Positions 12,460-25,155 are shown, numbered from the stretch's first letter. The stretch: DNA of 64,000 nucleotides from Narcine bancroftii (GCF_036971445.1 NC_091477.1:23932001-23996000); one strand, 5' to 3'. Program-made: numbers and translations. The notes: generated from the letters alone by a model not told the origin.

Positions 12460-13530
12460 AACAAAAACTGCTGGAGGAACTCAATGGAATAGACCATGGG
12501 AGAGTAAATGTTTTGACTGAGTGTAGAGGGGATATAGACAGTATAAATACGTGCAAAGGAGAGAAGGCTCAGGGATAAATTAGAGTCAGGTGAGGAGGGA
12601 TGTGATGGGCATATGGAGCCAGATGGGGAGGAGATGGAGTCAGGAAACAGTAGTTGGGTGAGTAATAGGGCACAAGAGATTGCAAATGATGGAATCTGAT
12701 AAGACAGGAAGGTGATAAGTGGAACCCAGGCAAGTCAGGGATGATATGCAGGTAGAAGAGGGAAATTAAACTGGATGTCATGGGAGGGGGGTACATAATG
12801 ATAAATAAAGAAACACATGGTGTGCATTTCCTGAAATTGGAAAAGTTCATGTTCCTGCCATTGAGACATAGGATACCCAGGAGGAATATGAGATGCTGTT
12901 TTTCTGGTATGCATTTTGCAATGAACAAGGCCAGGCACTGATTGATCAGTGTGGAAATGGGGAAGGCGTGTTGAAATGGTATGCAAACAGGAGGTCAAAA
13001 TGGGCAGAGTATAGGTGTTCTGCAAAATAGTTGGTTCATCTTCACCTGGCTTCACTGATGTTCAGGAGGTCACATTGAGAGCACAGAATGCAATAGATGA
13101 GATTGCAGAAACTGCATAACAATATTTACCAGACAAAGAATTACTGGAGGATCTCAACATGTCAGAATCATCCATGGGTAGAAATGGTCAGTCGACATTT
13201 TAGGTCCAGACCTGAAATGTTGACTGATCACTTCTACCCATGGACACTGTCTGGTCTGCTGAATTCCTCCAACACTTTTTTGTCTGTTCATGATTTGAGT
13301 ATCTATGGTTTTGTGTCTCCAATATATGAATCTGTCTGAGCTGGAAAGGCTGCTTGGTCTCTGGATAGTGGATAGAGGTGTACCTTCTGAAGTTGCAGGG
13401 ATTGGTAAATTGTGGGTGGGTAGGGATGAGCAAACCATGGAGTCATGGAAAGAATAGTCCCAGCAGAAATCAGAAAGGGGAGGGGAGGGGAACCTGTGAC
13501 TGGAATTGGGATCTCATTGCAGCTGGTGGA
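12460..13530 (-). mobile_element. degenerate Penelope-like element 3' region
   Basis: Minus ORF 12569-12928 contains EKQHLIFLLGIL..NGRNMNFSNF; terminal repeat CTGCTGGAGGAACTCA near 12468; interrupted by the hairpin at 13130-13286. Confidence 0.7.
13130..13286. repeat. ~157-bp imperfect palindrome of Penelope-like termini
   Basis: Left arm CAGACAAAGAATTACTGGAGG...TCCATGGGTAGAAATGGTCAGTCGACATTTTAGGTC; right arm GACCTGAAATGTTGACTGATCACTTCTACCCATGGA...CCTCCAACACTTTTTTGTCTG; 2-nt spacer. Confidence 0.85.
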
Positions 13531-14089
13531 AAGGAAAAGATCAGAGGAAACATCTGAATCTATTCCCAGTAATCATGTACTTTAATACCAAAGAACAAAT
13601 CCTTTCCAATAGTCATACTTTTAAATCATACAAGTCAAATTCACATGATCATCAGTTTCTCTTATCTGTGTTTTCTATGGTAATCTGTCATTGTCTGTCC
13701 CTGTTGTGGGAATGTTGGCTGAAACAATTTTTCTGAACATTGCTGAGTGAAAGCCCAAGTCTCAATGGTAGGATACATCAAGGTGCCAACATTCATCATG
13801 TTGTTATCTGATGGGGGATGTCATTCTAAACCCAGTTGTATGACACTTAGACGGAACTCACTTTTCTCAGAATTCTGTGCTTGAGTAGGGGTGTCTCCTA
13901 TCTGCAAATGGCCAATTTTCAATACTTCTGTCTCAGTTCCTTTGAACATTCATGCTGCAAATGAATCAACTGTGGTTGTTTAGTGATGAACTAAACTCAC
14001 CAGTCATTGTAGTTGAGTTAAGACCTACTGCCTTAATCAACTCTGATGCATGTTTTTAAAGCACCTGTGTTCTCGGCCCAGAAATAACA

Positions 14090-14191
14090 TCACCTCTGAC
14101 GATTGGCAGCCAGCCCGGTACTCTTGGGCTTCTTGTTCTTGCTGACACAAACCTCCATGAGCCGTTTGGTTGTTTGGCACGGTTCAGCCCG
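14090..14191 (-). CDS. candidate isolated exon of an unidentified host gene (RAEPCQTTKRLMEVCVSKNKKPKSTGLAANRQR)
   Basis: Minus-strand acceptor CTGTTTTGTGTTGTAGTGTAG, open frame of 33 codons, then AG|GTGATG (donor or TGA stop); six CpGs in about 120 bp; no repeat similarity seen. Confidence 0.4.
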   Translation of the reverse strand, partial: RAEPCQTTKRLMEVCVSKNKKPKSTGLAANRQR

Positions 14192-15371
14192 CTACACTAC
14201 AACACAAAACAGTTTTAAGTCATAATATTAACTTCTTTTCAATTTATTGTGTTGAAAGTGTTTCCCTTAAATACTGTGTGGATTTGTTCAGGCGAAGACT
14301 ATTTATGGACTGAAGTAATGATAAGATAAGAGAAAGTCAATTTCAACATCTTGTGGCTACCTTGTTCTTTAATTATTGTTAATCTCTTTCAAAACTGTGC
14401 TCTTGCTCTTTTCACTCAACCCATGTTGCTCTGTTCATCCTCTTAATTACAAGAAATCTTCAAGCAAGAGGAGCAGTTATGGCAGTGGAGACTGGTACAA
14501 ACCCAGGACAGTTAATGCAGCTATGGAGGCCAATCTTACTGAGACTCTAACTGATGGATTCCCATCCATTGGCTGATGACTGATCATCTCCGGGGAGCTG
14601 TTGTGAATGGATTTGACTTGCTTGTTTTGTTGAAATGCTAGAAACTTTGTTTGACTAATTATCATGACTAGTCTTGTTACTTTGTTCTTGTAGTTTTCTG
14701 TGAAATGGCCACCAGAGAATATGTGGAGGTGCACACAAAACAAAATTTGTCACTCTATCTCGGTGCACGTGACATAAGCAACAAACAAAACCACCCTCAA
14801 CCCCAGACTCCTGCAGCAGGATCACAACTTGGAGGCTTTTTTTGCCCCTATCTGCTTTTTGAAACTTTATGGGAGTTACTGGCTTGCAAAGCTATGCTGA
14901 TGTGAGCTGTTCTGCTTCCATTCCGATGCTATGGCTCAAAGTTACCCAAAGCTCTGGTGAAGTCACCAAAATACTTAACTTTCTGAAGAGTAAACAAACC
15001 CATCTATGGATCTATATGAGTACAGAGTTCACAAAGCACAAAAGTCCAAACTCTTTTCAATTATTAGTCAACAATATAATGGTTAACAAATGATAATGGG
15101 AGGCCTCTCTAAAATAGTGTAGAATGGGAACAGGAATGAAAGAGAAAAGTATTTCTGCTCTGGTAAACAAGCAAAAAGAATACAATGGTGTCAATGGTAT
15201 TCTGTACTGATATAAATTTTTGTATGAACCTGATACAAAAAGTGCTCTTGTGACATTGTTTTCAGATACTGGTTGGCAGAAGGAATTTGTACTAAGATCA
15301 CTAAGTTGTTGTCTTTCACTAACAACAACTGCCTGAAAGTTCTAATATGTTGATAAAGGTGTTCTGAGATG

Positions 15372-15589
15372 TGAAGTGCCAGTTGATGAAGTCGACAAAG
15401 ACGATGTGGTCAAACAATAATCATGGCTTTTATTAGCAGAAACTCATGGTACAATAATGAAAGACAATAGATGCATATACAGTTATATCCAAGGGGAGTG
15501 TCCTTAATAGTAGAGATAGTGCACAGCCAATGTTAGTACAGCAAGGCTCGCCAGAGGGGAGACAGGCAGCTTGGCAGACATTCACCACA
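15372..15589 (-). mobile_element. solo LTR (218 bp)
   Basis: TG...CA termini, perfect 5-bp TSD AGATG (15367-15371 / 15590-15594), AATAAA on the minus strand. Confidence 0.85.
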
Positions 15590-18500
15590 AGATGCCATTA
15601 ATGTGTGGGAATATTGACTGTTTGGGTCATTGCCCCACTGCAATCAATTTAGTTCTGAACAAGCATGCATACTTTGCTCAATACTCCGCTTAGTCCTCAA
15701 TTCCCAAGGCAGGATCTTGGATATCTGGGTGAAAATAGAGGGTCCTAGATGATTGACATTGATAATATTTTTCTTTGAGTTTTATGATTGGGAACCTGAG
15801 CTATAATGTTAGAGCCAAATCTAGAACAGAATTATTCAAAAAAACTGATAATATTAAATGTATTCTTGTGCCTGATGAGAACGAAAACTTTCCCACATTG
15901 TGTTTTCATTTCGTAAAAAAAGCTTATCTTGACTGTGATTCTATCTTTTTTTCCCACCATAAACTTATAAAATTGGCCCTTTGCTTGATCAACTGGTGCT
16001 TCTTCACAGTATAGTTTGCTATTATTTAAAAATGTAAAATGGTGAGAATATTTTCTGCTTCTAAACTTCAAATCAAAAAGAGAGAGTTTTGTTTTGAATA
16101 AAACGATTGCCTTCCAAAAAATATTTGAATGGAAATGATTGTCTCTTGCCTCTTCATTGAGATAATTGTCTCCCTGGCCCTGAGACATCATCAAAGTGAA
16201 ATAGACTGCTTTTCTTTCAAAAGGTTCCCTTTTCTACAGGTCTTTGATGTTCATATTCCCATTTCTTATTGAGGACAATGGTGATTATTGTTCAACCCAA
16301 TCAAAACTTTACACAAAAAATATTTAAGCATGTTCTGAACCTAGATTTTACCCCAAAAACCCACTATTACTGCAATTTATAAAATTTTATGGGAAACAGA
16401 TACCCAACAGCCATAATCCAATGCAATAATATCCAGCAACCTGACTTAAGATCTCTTAATGAAAACAAACCTTGTTGAAGAACAATTTTAATCTTTTGTC
16501 AGGTTCTGAAATTGTCATGTCCAGCCACAGACCTTCTGAGATTTTTCACAAGCAATGACATTTGAGGGAGGGAGTTGGGAGAGCTCATATGGTTTCTCCA
16601 TCTCTACACTTTTTAACATTCTTCATGATTTTATATGTCTCTGTCAAAATTCCTTACAAACTCTTTTCGTCCAAAGGGCACAATCTCAGCTTCTCTACTG
16701 TCTCCCCATAACTATTGTGCCTTGTTTCTTTGGTAATTTTTTTGGAATGCTTTCTTAATCCTTTACCTCATTCCTAAAGTGTGCTGCCCAGTAATAGACA
16801 CAGTACTCCCACTGTGTCTGACTTGATGGTCATGATGACTTTATTGTCCTTAGACATTTTTTCTCTGTTTATAAAGTCCAGGCTTCCATATACTTTTGCA
16901 ATTCTGTTCTCAACCCTTTTCCTTTATATGTACTTATCCATCATCATTGAATTTTTAAAATTTTACTTGCCAATATTTGTCATGTTCATTCTTTTTCTGA
17001 TTTCCAAAATCATTTTACTCCTACATTTTTCCAAGCTCTCTATTGTTTAAGTTTCTGTAGAAAAGGGGTATCAAATTGTCAATTATTTGAGGGAGATCTG
17101 AGGGACCGACATAGGCTAGCAGTGGGTTTGGAAAACCAATGAAAAGGAGAAGGAATTGGAAATGGCTACACAAAAGGGGAATTGGTGGAAGCCAATTACA
17201 GTGGTGCTATGGCAGGATAGATTGGAGGGCTCAATGGAGGCTATTTGGTTGCAAATGAGGAATGGGAAAGGCATGAAAACACTAATGGGGGTGTATTATA
17301 GACCCCCAATAGAAAGAGGGAAATGGAGGGGAAAATTTGTAAGGAGATACCATATATGTGCAGTAAACATAAGGTGATAATTTTAGGAGATTTTAGCTTT
17401 CCACACATTGACTGGGATGCTCATACTGTAAAAGGCCTGGATGGGTTGGAGTTTGTCAAATGTGTTCAGGAAAGTTTTCTAAATCAATATATAGAAGAAC
17501 CAACTCAAGAGAGGGCAGTATAGAATCTCCTATTAGGGAACGAGATAGGTCAGGTGACAGAGGTTTGTGTTAGGGAACACTTTGGGTCTAGTGATCATAA
17601 TACTATTAGTTTTAGATTAATAATGGAGAAGGATAGGGCTGGGCCAAAAGTTGAGATTCTTGATTGGAACAAGGCTAATTGTGAGGAGATGTGAAAGGGT
17701 TTAGAAGGTGTGGATTGGGATAATTTATTTTCTGGGAAGGATATTCAAGGGGATTACAGGGTTGGTATGTCCCTGTGAGGATTAAAGGAAAGGTTAGAAA
17801 ATATAGGGAGCCTCGGTTTTCAAGGGATATAGGGAATTTGGTTCCCAGGAAGAGGGATGTGGACAACAGGTATAGATAATAGTGAATAAATGTGGTGCTT
17901 GAGGAATATAAAGAGTTGAAAACAAATCTTATGAAATTAATCAGAAAGGCTAAAAGGAGATATGAGGCTGCTTTGGCAGGCAAGATAAAAAAATAAATCC
18001 AAAGTGTTTCTACAGGTACATTAAAAGTAAAAGAATAGTGAGGGATAAAATTGGGGCTTCTTGAGGATCAGAGGTGTAGGCTATGTGAGGAGTCAAAGAG
18101 ATAAGGGAAATTTTAAATGATTTTTTTTTCTTCAGTATTCACTAAGGAAAGGAATAATGAGTCAGGTGAAGTAAGGAAAACTAGTAGTGAGGTCATGGAA
18201 AATATATAGATTAATGAGGAGGTAGAATAATGAGAATAAAGGTGGATAAATCTCTGGGTCCTGACAAGATATTCCCCAGGACCTTGAGGGAGGTTAGTGT
18301 AGAAATAGCATGGGCTCTGACAGAAATATTTAAAATGTCATTAGCCATGGGGGAGGTGCAGGAAGATTGGAAATGCTCTAAAAGTAAACCGGGTAATTAT
18401 AGACATGTGAGTCTGACATTGGTGGAAGGTAAATTAATGGAGAGTGTTCTTAGAAATGGAATGTACAATTATACAGGGACTGATTAGGAGTAGTAAACAT

Positions 18501-18694
18501 GGTTTTGTGCCTGGTAGATCATGTTTAACAAATCTTATTAGAGGAGGTTACTTAGAAGGTTGACGAAGGGAAGGTTGTGGATATTATCTCTATGGACTTT
18601 CATATGGCCTTTGACAAAGTTCCTCATAAAAGGTTAGTTGCACATAAGAGGTTCATTCATTAGGTATTAATGTTGAAGTAGTGAAGTAGTGAAA

Positions 18695-21265
18695 TCCTGG
18701 TGTGAGAAAGTGACAAACAAGATGTGCTCCACACCAGGGTCATGCCTAGCGCGGAATGCCACACTGACCACCGGCTGGTTCGCTGCAAGCTCAACCTTCA
18801 CTTCAAGCCAAAGCCCAGGAACAATAAAGCCCCCAGAAAGAGGTTCAATGTTGGAAAACTGCAGTCAGACGAAGCGAGAGGAAACTTCCAGGCAAACCTC
18901 AAAGCAAAGCTCGACGTTGCAACCCGCCTCACGAACCCGTCCCCTGAAACCCTCTGGGATCAGTTGAAGACTACCATACTGCAATCCACTGAAGAGGTAC
19001 TGGGCTTCTCCTCCAGGAAAAACAAGGACTGGTTTGACGAAAACAGCCAGGAAATCCAGGAGCTGCTGGCAAAGAAGCGAGCTGCCCACCAGGCTCACCT
19101 TACAAAGCCGTCCTGTCCAGAGAAGAAACAAGCCTTCCGTCGCGCATGCAGCCATCTTCAGCGCAAACTCCGGGAGATCCAAAATGAGTGGTGGACTAGC
19201 CTCGCCAAACGAACACAGCTCAGCGCGGACATTGGCGACTTCAGGGGTTTCTACGAGGCTCTAAAGGCTGTGTACGGCCCCTCACCCCAAGTCCAAAGCC
19301 CGCTGCGCAGCTCAGACGGCAAAGTCCTCCTCAGCGACAAGATCTCCATCCTCAACCGATGGTCAGAACACTTCCAATCTCTTTTCAGTACCAACCGCTC
19401 AGTCCAAGATTCCGCCCTGCTCCAGCTCCCTCAACAGCCCCTAAGGCTAGAGCTGGATGAGGTTCCCACCCTGGATGAGACATATAAGGCAATCGAACAA
19501 CTGAAAAGTGGCAAAGCAGCAGGTATGGATGGAATCCCCCCAGAAGTCTGGAAGGCTGGCGGCAAAACTCTGCATGCCAAACTGCATGAGTTTTTCAAGC
19601 TTTGTTGGGACCAAGGTAAACTGCCTCAGGATCTTCGTGATGCCACCATCATCACCCTGTACAAAAACAAAGGCGAGAAATCAGACTGCTCAAACTACAG
19701 GGGAATCACGTTGCTCTCCATTGCAGGCAAAATCTTCGCTAGGATTCTACTAAATAGAATAATACCTAGTGTCGCTGAGAATATTCTCCCAGAATCACAG
19801 TGCGGCTTTCGCGCTAACAGAGGAACCACTGACATGGTCTTTGCCCTCAGACAGCTCCAAGAAAAGTGTAGAGAACAAAACAAAGGACTCTACATCACCT
19901 TTGTTGACCTCACCAAAGCCTTCGACACCGTGAGCAGGAAAGGGCTTTGGCAAATACTAGAGCGCATCGGATGTCCCCCAAAGTTCCTCAACATGATTAT
20001 CCAACTGCACGAAAACCAACAAGGTCGGGTCAGATACAGCAATGAGCTCTCTGAACCCTTCTCCATTAACAATGGCGTGAAGCAAGGCTGTGTTCTGGCA
20101 CCAACCCTCTTTTCAATCTTCTTCAGCATGATGCTGAACCAAGCCATGAAAGACCCCAACAATGAAGACGCTGTTTACATCCGGTACCGCACGGATGGCA
20201 GTCTCTTCAATCTGAGGCGCCTGCAAGCTCACACCAAGACACAAGAGAAACTTGTCCGTGAACTACTCTTTGCAGATGATGCCGCTTTAGTTGCCCATTC
20301 AGAGCCAGCTCTTCAGCGCTTGACGTCCTGCTTTGCGGAAACTGCCAAAATGTTTGGCCTGGAAGTCAGCCTGAAGAAAACTGAGGTCCTCCATCAGCCA
20401 GCTCCCCACCATGACTACCAGCCCCCCCCACATCTCCATCGGGCACACAAAACTCAAAACGGTCAACCAGTTTACCTATCTCGGCTGCACCATTTCATCA
20501 GATGCAAGGATCGACAATGAGATAGACAACAGACTCGCCAAGGCAAATAGCGCCTTTGGAAGACTACACAAAAGAGTCTGGAAAAACAACCAACTGAAAA
20601 ACCTCACAAAGATAAGCGTATACAGAGCCGTTGTCATACCCACACTCCTGTTCGGCTCCGAATCATGGGTCCTCTACCGGCACCACCTACGGCTCCTAGA
20701 ACGCTTCCACCAGCGTTGTCTCCGCTCCATCCTCAACATCCATTGGAGCGCTCACACCCCTAACGTCGAGGTACTCGAGATGGCAGAGGTCGACAGCATC
20801 GAGTCCACGCTGCTGAAGATCCAGCTGCGCTGGATGGGTCACGTCTCCAGAATGGAGGACCATCGCCTTCCCAAGATCGTATTATATGGCGAGCTCTCCA
20901 CTGGCCACCGTGACAGAGGTGCACCAAAGAAAAGGTACAAGGACTGCCTAAAGAAATCTCTTGGTGCCTGCCACATTGACCACCGCCAGTGGGCTGATAA
21001 CGCCTCAAACCGTGCATCTTGGCGCCTCACAGTTTGGCGGGCAGCAGCCTCCTTTGAAGAAGACCACAGAGCCCACCTCACTGACAAAAGGCAAAGGAGG
21101 AAAAACCCAACACCCAACCCCAACCAACCAATTTTCCCTTGCAACCGCTGCAATCGTGTCTGCCTGTCCCGCATCGGACTGGTCAGCCACAAACGAGCCT
21201 GCAGCTGACGTGGACTTTTTACCCCCTCCATAAATCTTCGTCCGCGAAGCCAAGCCAAAGAAAAG
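18695..21265 (+). mobile_element. 5'-truncated young RTE-clade LINE with target-site duplication
   Basis: TSD AATGTTGAAGTAGTGAA at 18669-18685 and 21266-21282; GC-rich with intact CpGs; AAAG-type tail. Confidence 0.95.
18724..21208 (+). pseudogene. RTE ORF (end of AP endonuclease, reverse transcriptase, C-terminal CxxC..H..C motif) with a single +1 frameshift
   Basis: ORFs 18724-20520 and 20411-21208 join at the C8 run 20422-20429 (QPPHISIG with C7); motifs TDHRLV, NYRGITLL, ESQCGFR, FVDLTKAFDTV, GVKQGCVLAPTLF, LLFADD, FTYLG. Confidence 0.9.
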
Positions 21266-22465
21266 AATGTTGAAGTAGTGAAATGGATTCAACAATGGTT
21301 GGATGGGAGATGCCAGAGAGTAGTGGTGGAAAATTGTTTGTCAAATTGGAGGACAGTGACTAGTGGAGTGCCCCAGGGATTGGCACTGGGTCCATTGTTG
21401 TTTGTCATTAATGAGCTGGATGATATGGTGATAAATTTGATTAGTAAGTATGCAGATGTGACTAAGATTGGTGGTATTTGTGGACAGTGAGGAAGGTTTT
21501 CAAAACTTGCTGTTGGACATAGGCCAGTTAGAAGAGTGGGGGAAAAGATGGCAGATGGAGTTTAATACTTAAAAGCATGAGGTGCTACATTTTGGTGGGA
21601 ATAATCAGCACAGGTCCTAGATGTTAAATGGTCGACAATCGAGGAGAGCAGTAGGACAAAGGGATTTAGGAATTCTGGTACATAATTATCTGAAAGTGGA
21701 GTCACATGTAGATAGAGTGGTGAGCAAAGCATTTGATATGTTGCCTTCATAAATAAGAGTATTGAGTACAGGAGTTGGGACGTCATGTTGAAGTTGTACA
21801 AAGCATTGGAAAGGCCAAATATGGAATATTGTGTGCAGTTTGGCCGCTGAATTATAGCAAGTATATCAACAAAATGGAGACAGTGCAGAGAAGATTTACA
21901 AGAATGTTGCCTGGATTTCAGGGTTTGAATTATAGGGAAAGGTAAAACAGGCTAGCTCTTTATTCCCTAGAGCGTAGATTGAGGGGTAATTTGATAAACG
22001 TATTTAAAATTAAGAGGGAACAGATAGAGTAAATGTGGATAGGCTTTTTACATTGAGAGTGGGGAGATTCAAACAAGAGGACATGGATTGAGATTGAAGG
22101 GGGGGAAAGTATAGGAGAAACATGGGGGAGAATTTCTTCACCCAGAGAGTGGTGGGAGTGTGGAATGAGCTTCCAGACAAAGTAGTAGATGCAGGCTTGA
22201 TTTTAATATTTAAGGAAAAATTGGATAAGTATGTAACAAGAGAGGTATGGAAGGTTATGGGCTGGAAGCAGATCAATGGGAATAGGTGGTAGAAGGTGTT
22301 CGACATGGACTAGAAGGGCTGAACTGGCTTTGTCTGTGTTGTAATTATTAAATGGTTATATGGATACCAGGTGGAAATAGTGAAGAGAAATGTCAAAAGA
22401 GAAATAATTAGCTCCAGTGAAACTGTGTTATTTCTCTGAATATTCCTATGTAAAGATACATATGG

Positions 22466-22682
22466 TTTTAAATTGTTTTTAATTTAAACATAGAGAACAG
22501 TAATAGGCCATTTCGGCCCATGAGTCCGTGCCTACACCCCCGGTACATTTTTGAACGGTGGGAGGAAACTGGAGCAGCTGCGGAAAACCCTTGTAGGCAC
22601 AGGGAGAATGTACAAACTCCTTACAGACAGTGTGGGATTCGAACACAAGTCCTGATTCCTGGTGCTGTAAAGGTCTTGTGCT
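22466..22682 (-). mobile_element. tRNA-derived V-type SINE
   Basis: Reverse-complement homolog of 1-250, including TTCGAATCCC and the core. Confidence 0.8.
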
Positions 22683-23374
22683 GTTTGAGAGCATGATCTT
22701 CAAAATGTTTTTGATAACTGGTGTCATAAAGGAGTCTATTGACTTATTTTTAGTGGGAGAAAGTTAAGATATCTCTGAGTCAATTATACAATTAGTAAAG
22801 TAATTTTTTACATTCCATCCCACTTTTCTGGATCATCCCCCTTAATTGTGTAACATAGAGCCTAAACCCACAATTTACGATTTTGAGCTTATAATGTTGA
22901 CATTTATATTGAATGGGCACCATCAGAGAGACAGCTAAAGGATGTTGTGATTAACCAACATCAAGCTATTCTGAATCATGAATGGACATACTAATTTGTT
23001 GTGATCCTGACAATGGCACATTCTTTTAAAATAACTCCTGGAGCATTCAGTAATAAAAGCATCACATGCTACCATGTGTAATATAACACTGCACCGGAGG
23101 ACCAGACTGAATTCCCGGCCTCCCTATTGGCCTGGATCATGGAATCAATTTGTCTTACATATAAAGAAGCAGAAATCTTAGCAAGATCATTTTTTTTTGT
23201 TCCTGACAGGTAGTTCTGCTGGTTCGACTGAAAACTGGCAGAACTCCCAGAAAATGTGAAGGCTTGGTGAGCCCACGAACATTTGTGAAAGGCATTTATC
23301 ATGTCTGTGTACCAGGATGATTCCTGGGTTCGTAGGGCAGACAAATGAAGGAAGACCAGGTAGACTCATGGGAA

Positions 23375-23700
23375 TTTAGAAAAATAAGGTGGGGGTGGGA
23401 CCTCATTGAAACATAAACCTCTGACAGGACTAAGCAGGTTAGATGTAAAAAGATGTTGAGGAAGTCCAGAATAAAGGCTCTAAAATAAGATGTAGATAAG
23501 ATGTAGGCCAATTAGAATAAGATAAGGAGAAACATTTTCGCTCACAGTTGAGAACTTACAGAACTCCCTCCCACAGAAATTTGTTGATGCCAGTTCATTA
23601 GATATATTAAAAGGGAGTTGGATGTGTTCCTATTCACCAAAGGAATTAAAGGGCAAGGTGAGAAACCAGGATACTAAAGTCATATGATCAGCAATAGAAC
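23375..23700 (+). mobile_element. degenerate CR1 3' fragment
   Basis: GACCTCATTGAAACATA..AGATAAGGAGAAACATTTT..GGAATTAAAGGG, parallel to 37850-38180. Confidence 0.6.
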
Positions 23701-24929
23701 ATAGGGTAGAGAGAATAGAGCAAGAGTGGGATCTCCTACTGGGAGATAAAATAAAATAAAGTTCTCATGGTCGCATGTGAGTAAGTCTCCCATTTACCTC
23801 AGTATATTATGCTGGATATTTCAGGAGTACAGTGTATGGTACCTCAGGAGTTCCTTCAAATAAAGATATTGAAAAGGCCCCAGGAATGATTAGTATTCTA
23901 GCATAACTAATTGCAAAAATGCTTTGAAAGGCTTAATAATGACAATTCAAAGATACTGGCAATAAATTGGACTGATCATATGTCATATCCTCTCTCTGGA
24001 ACAAGTACCTTTTCATTAAAAAAAATTCTTAATCTTCTTAGGGCTGGATTTGGCAGAGGAGAAGTGGCCTACACCAATTTATGGAAGCAAATTCTTGTTT
24101 GAAACTCCTTTACAGTTTCCCATAGCCCATTATAATTTATGCAAATAACCTTCTGTCCATAACTTGGGCTGGTCGACTCTGGTCTTCACTGGTAAAGAAA
24201 AGATCTGCTTCATTCTCCTTCCATTCTCAGAGTGGCCCTCTTGTAACAAAGGAGAAAAGAATGCTATGAATGGTTAGAGTGGCTGGAATTACAAAAAAAT
24301 ATTATAACAGGCTGCTGACATCCAAAAAAGATAGATAAAAGTGATTTTAAAAAAACAATTCTGTTACTTGGAACTTTTATTTTCCAGCTCATCAGAGCTC
24401 GAAAGTAACTGCCCGGGGCAAAGTGAGAAGTGGAGTTTTTGAGCCATATAAACTAACCTATGTTCCTCTCAAGATTTTTGCTTTCAATCAATAGAAGAAC
24501 AAAAGTGCCAAGTGTGCAAAAAAAAAGCCTGCCATTGAGCAGACAATACAAAATGCTGCTTCAGTTGAAAATACGCTCTTGGATTCTCTGCCGCATGCTA
24601 TCTCAAAATCTCATTTGTTTTCTCATGGAGTTCCTGCATGGAAGAGATTTCCTGCTAACATTGTGGACTTTTGTGCATTGCTGGAACTTAGGTGGATCAT
24701 ATCCTTTCCTGACACAGTTAAATGCCAATTAACACCAGCATCTGGGATTACGAAGGATCAATGTCATTAACATTGCATTAAGTGGTCTCTAAATACCGGC
24801 ATAATCTCTCCAATAACACTTTAATTTTCAGTATCATCCTTTTAATGACATTCAGAGAGGCATGCCATCCCAAGCACATTGAAATGAACTAAACATGATT
24901 TAATGAAATGGTAGCTAAAAATGTGAATA

Positions 24930-25155
24930 TTTATTTTAAATTTTTAAAAAAGATACAGCTAGTAACAGGCCTTTCTGGCCCACAGGCCCATGCTAACCAA
25001 TTAACCTACTAACTTTGCACTTCTTTGGAAAGTGGAAGGAAACTGGAACACTTGGAGAAAACCCATGCAGACATGGGGAGATTGTACAAACTCCTTAGAA
25101 GCCTAACTTGTTTACCCTGTAATAGTGTTGTGCTCACTCTACACTAACCGTGCCA
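24930..25155 (-). mobile_element. tRNA-derived V-type SINE
   Basis: GGAAGGAAACTGGAACACTTGGAGAAAACCCATGCAGAC core; ends CTAACCGTGCC. Confidence 0.75.

Larger units (their letters stand above)
17150..22365 (+). mobile_element. decayed CR1 LINE (ORF2 endonuclease and RT), split by the RTE insertion
   Basis: Fragments GVYYRPP, ILGDFSFPHIDW, DKSLGPDKIFPRTLRE, PGNYRHVSLT before the insertion; KWIQQWL..QRVVV..VTSGVPQG..LGPLLF, SKYADVTKIGG after it; many stops and frameshifts. Confidence 0.9.

Noticed and set aside
20422-20429. Programmed ribosomal frameshift in the RTE ORF
   Set aside because: RTE ORFs are normally continuous here; a homopolymer indel (mutation or sequencing error) is the simpler explanation
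20760-21295. Antisense and alternative-frame ORFs over the RTE copies (also at 5649-6306 and 60298-60708)
   Set aside because: Shadows of a GC-rich coding sequence; they recur only because the element is repeated
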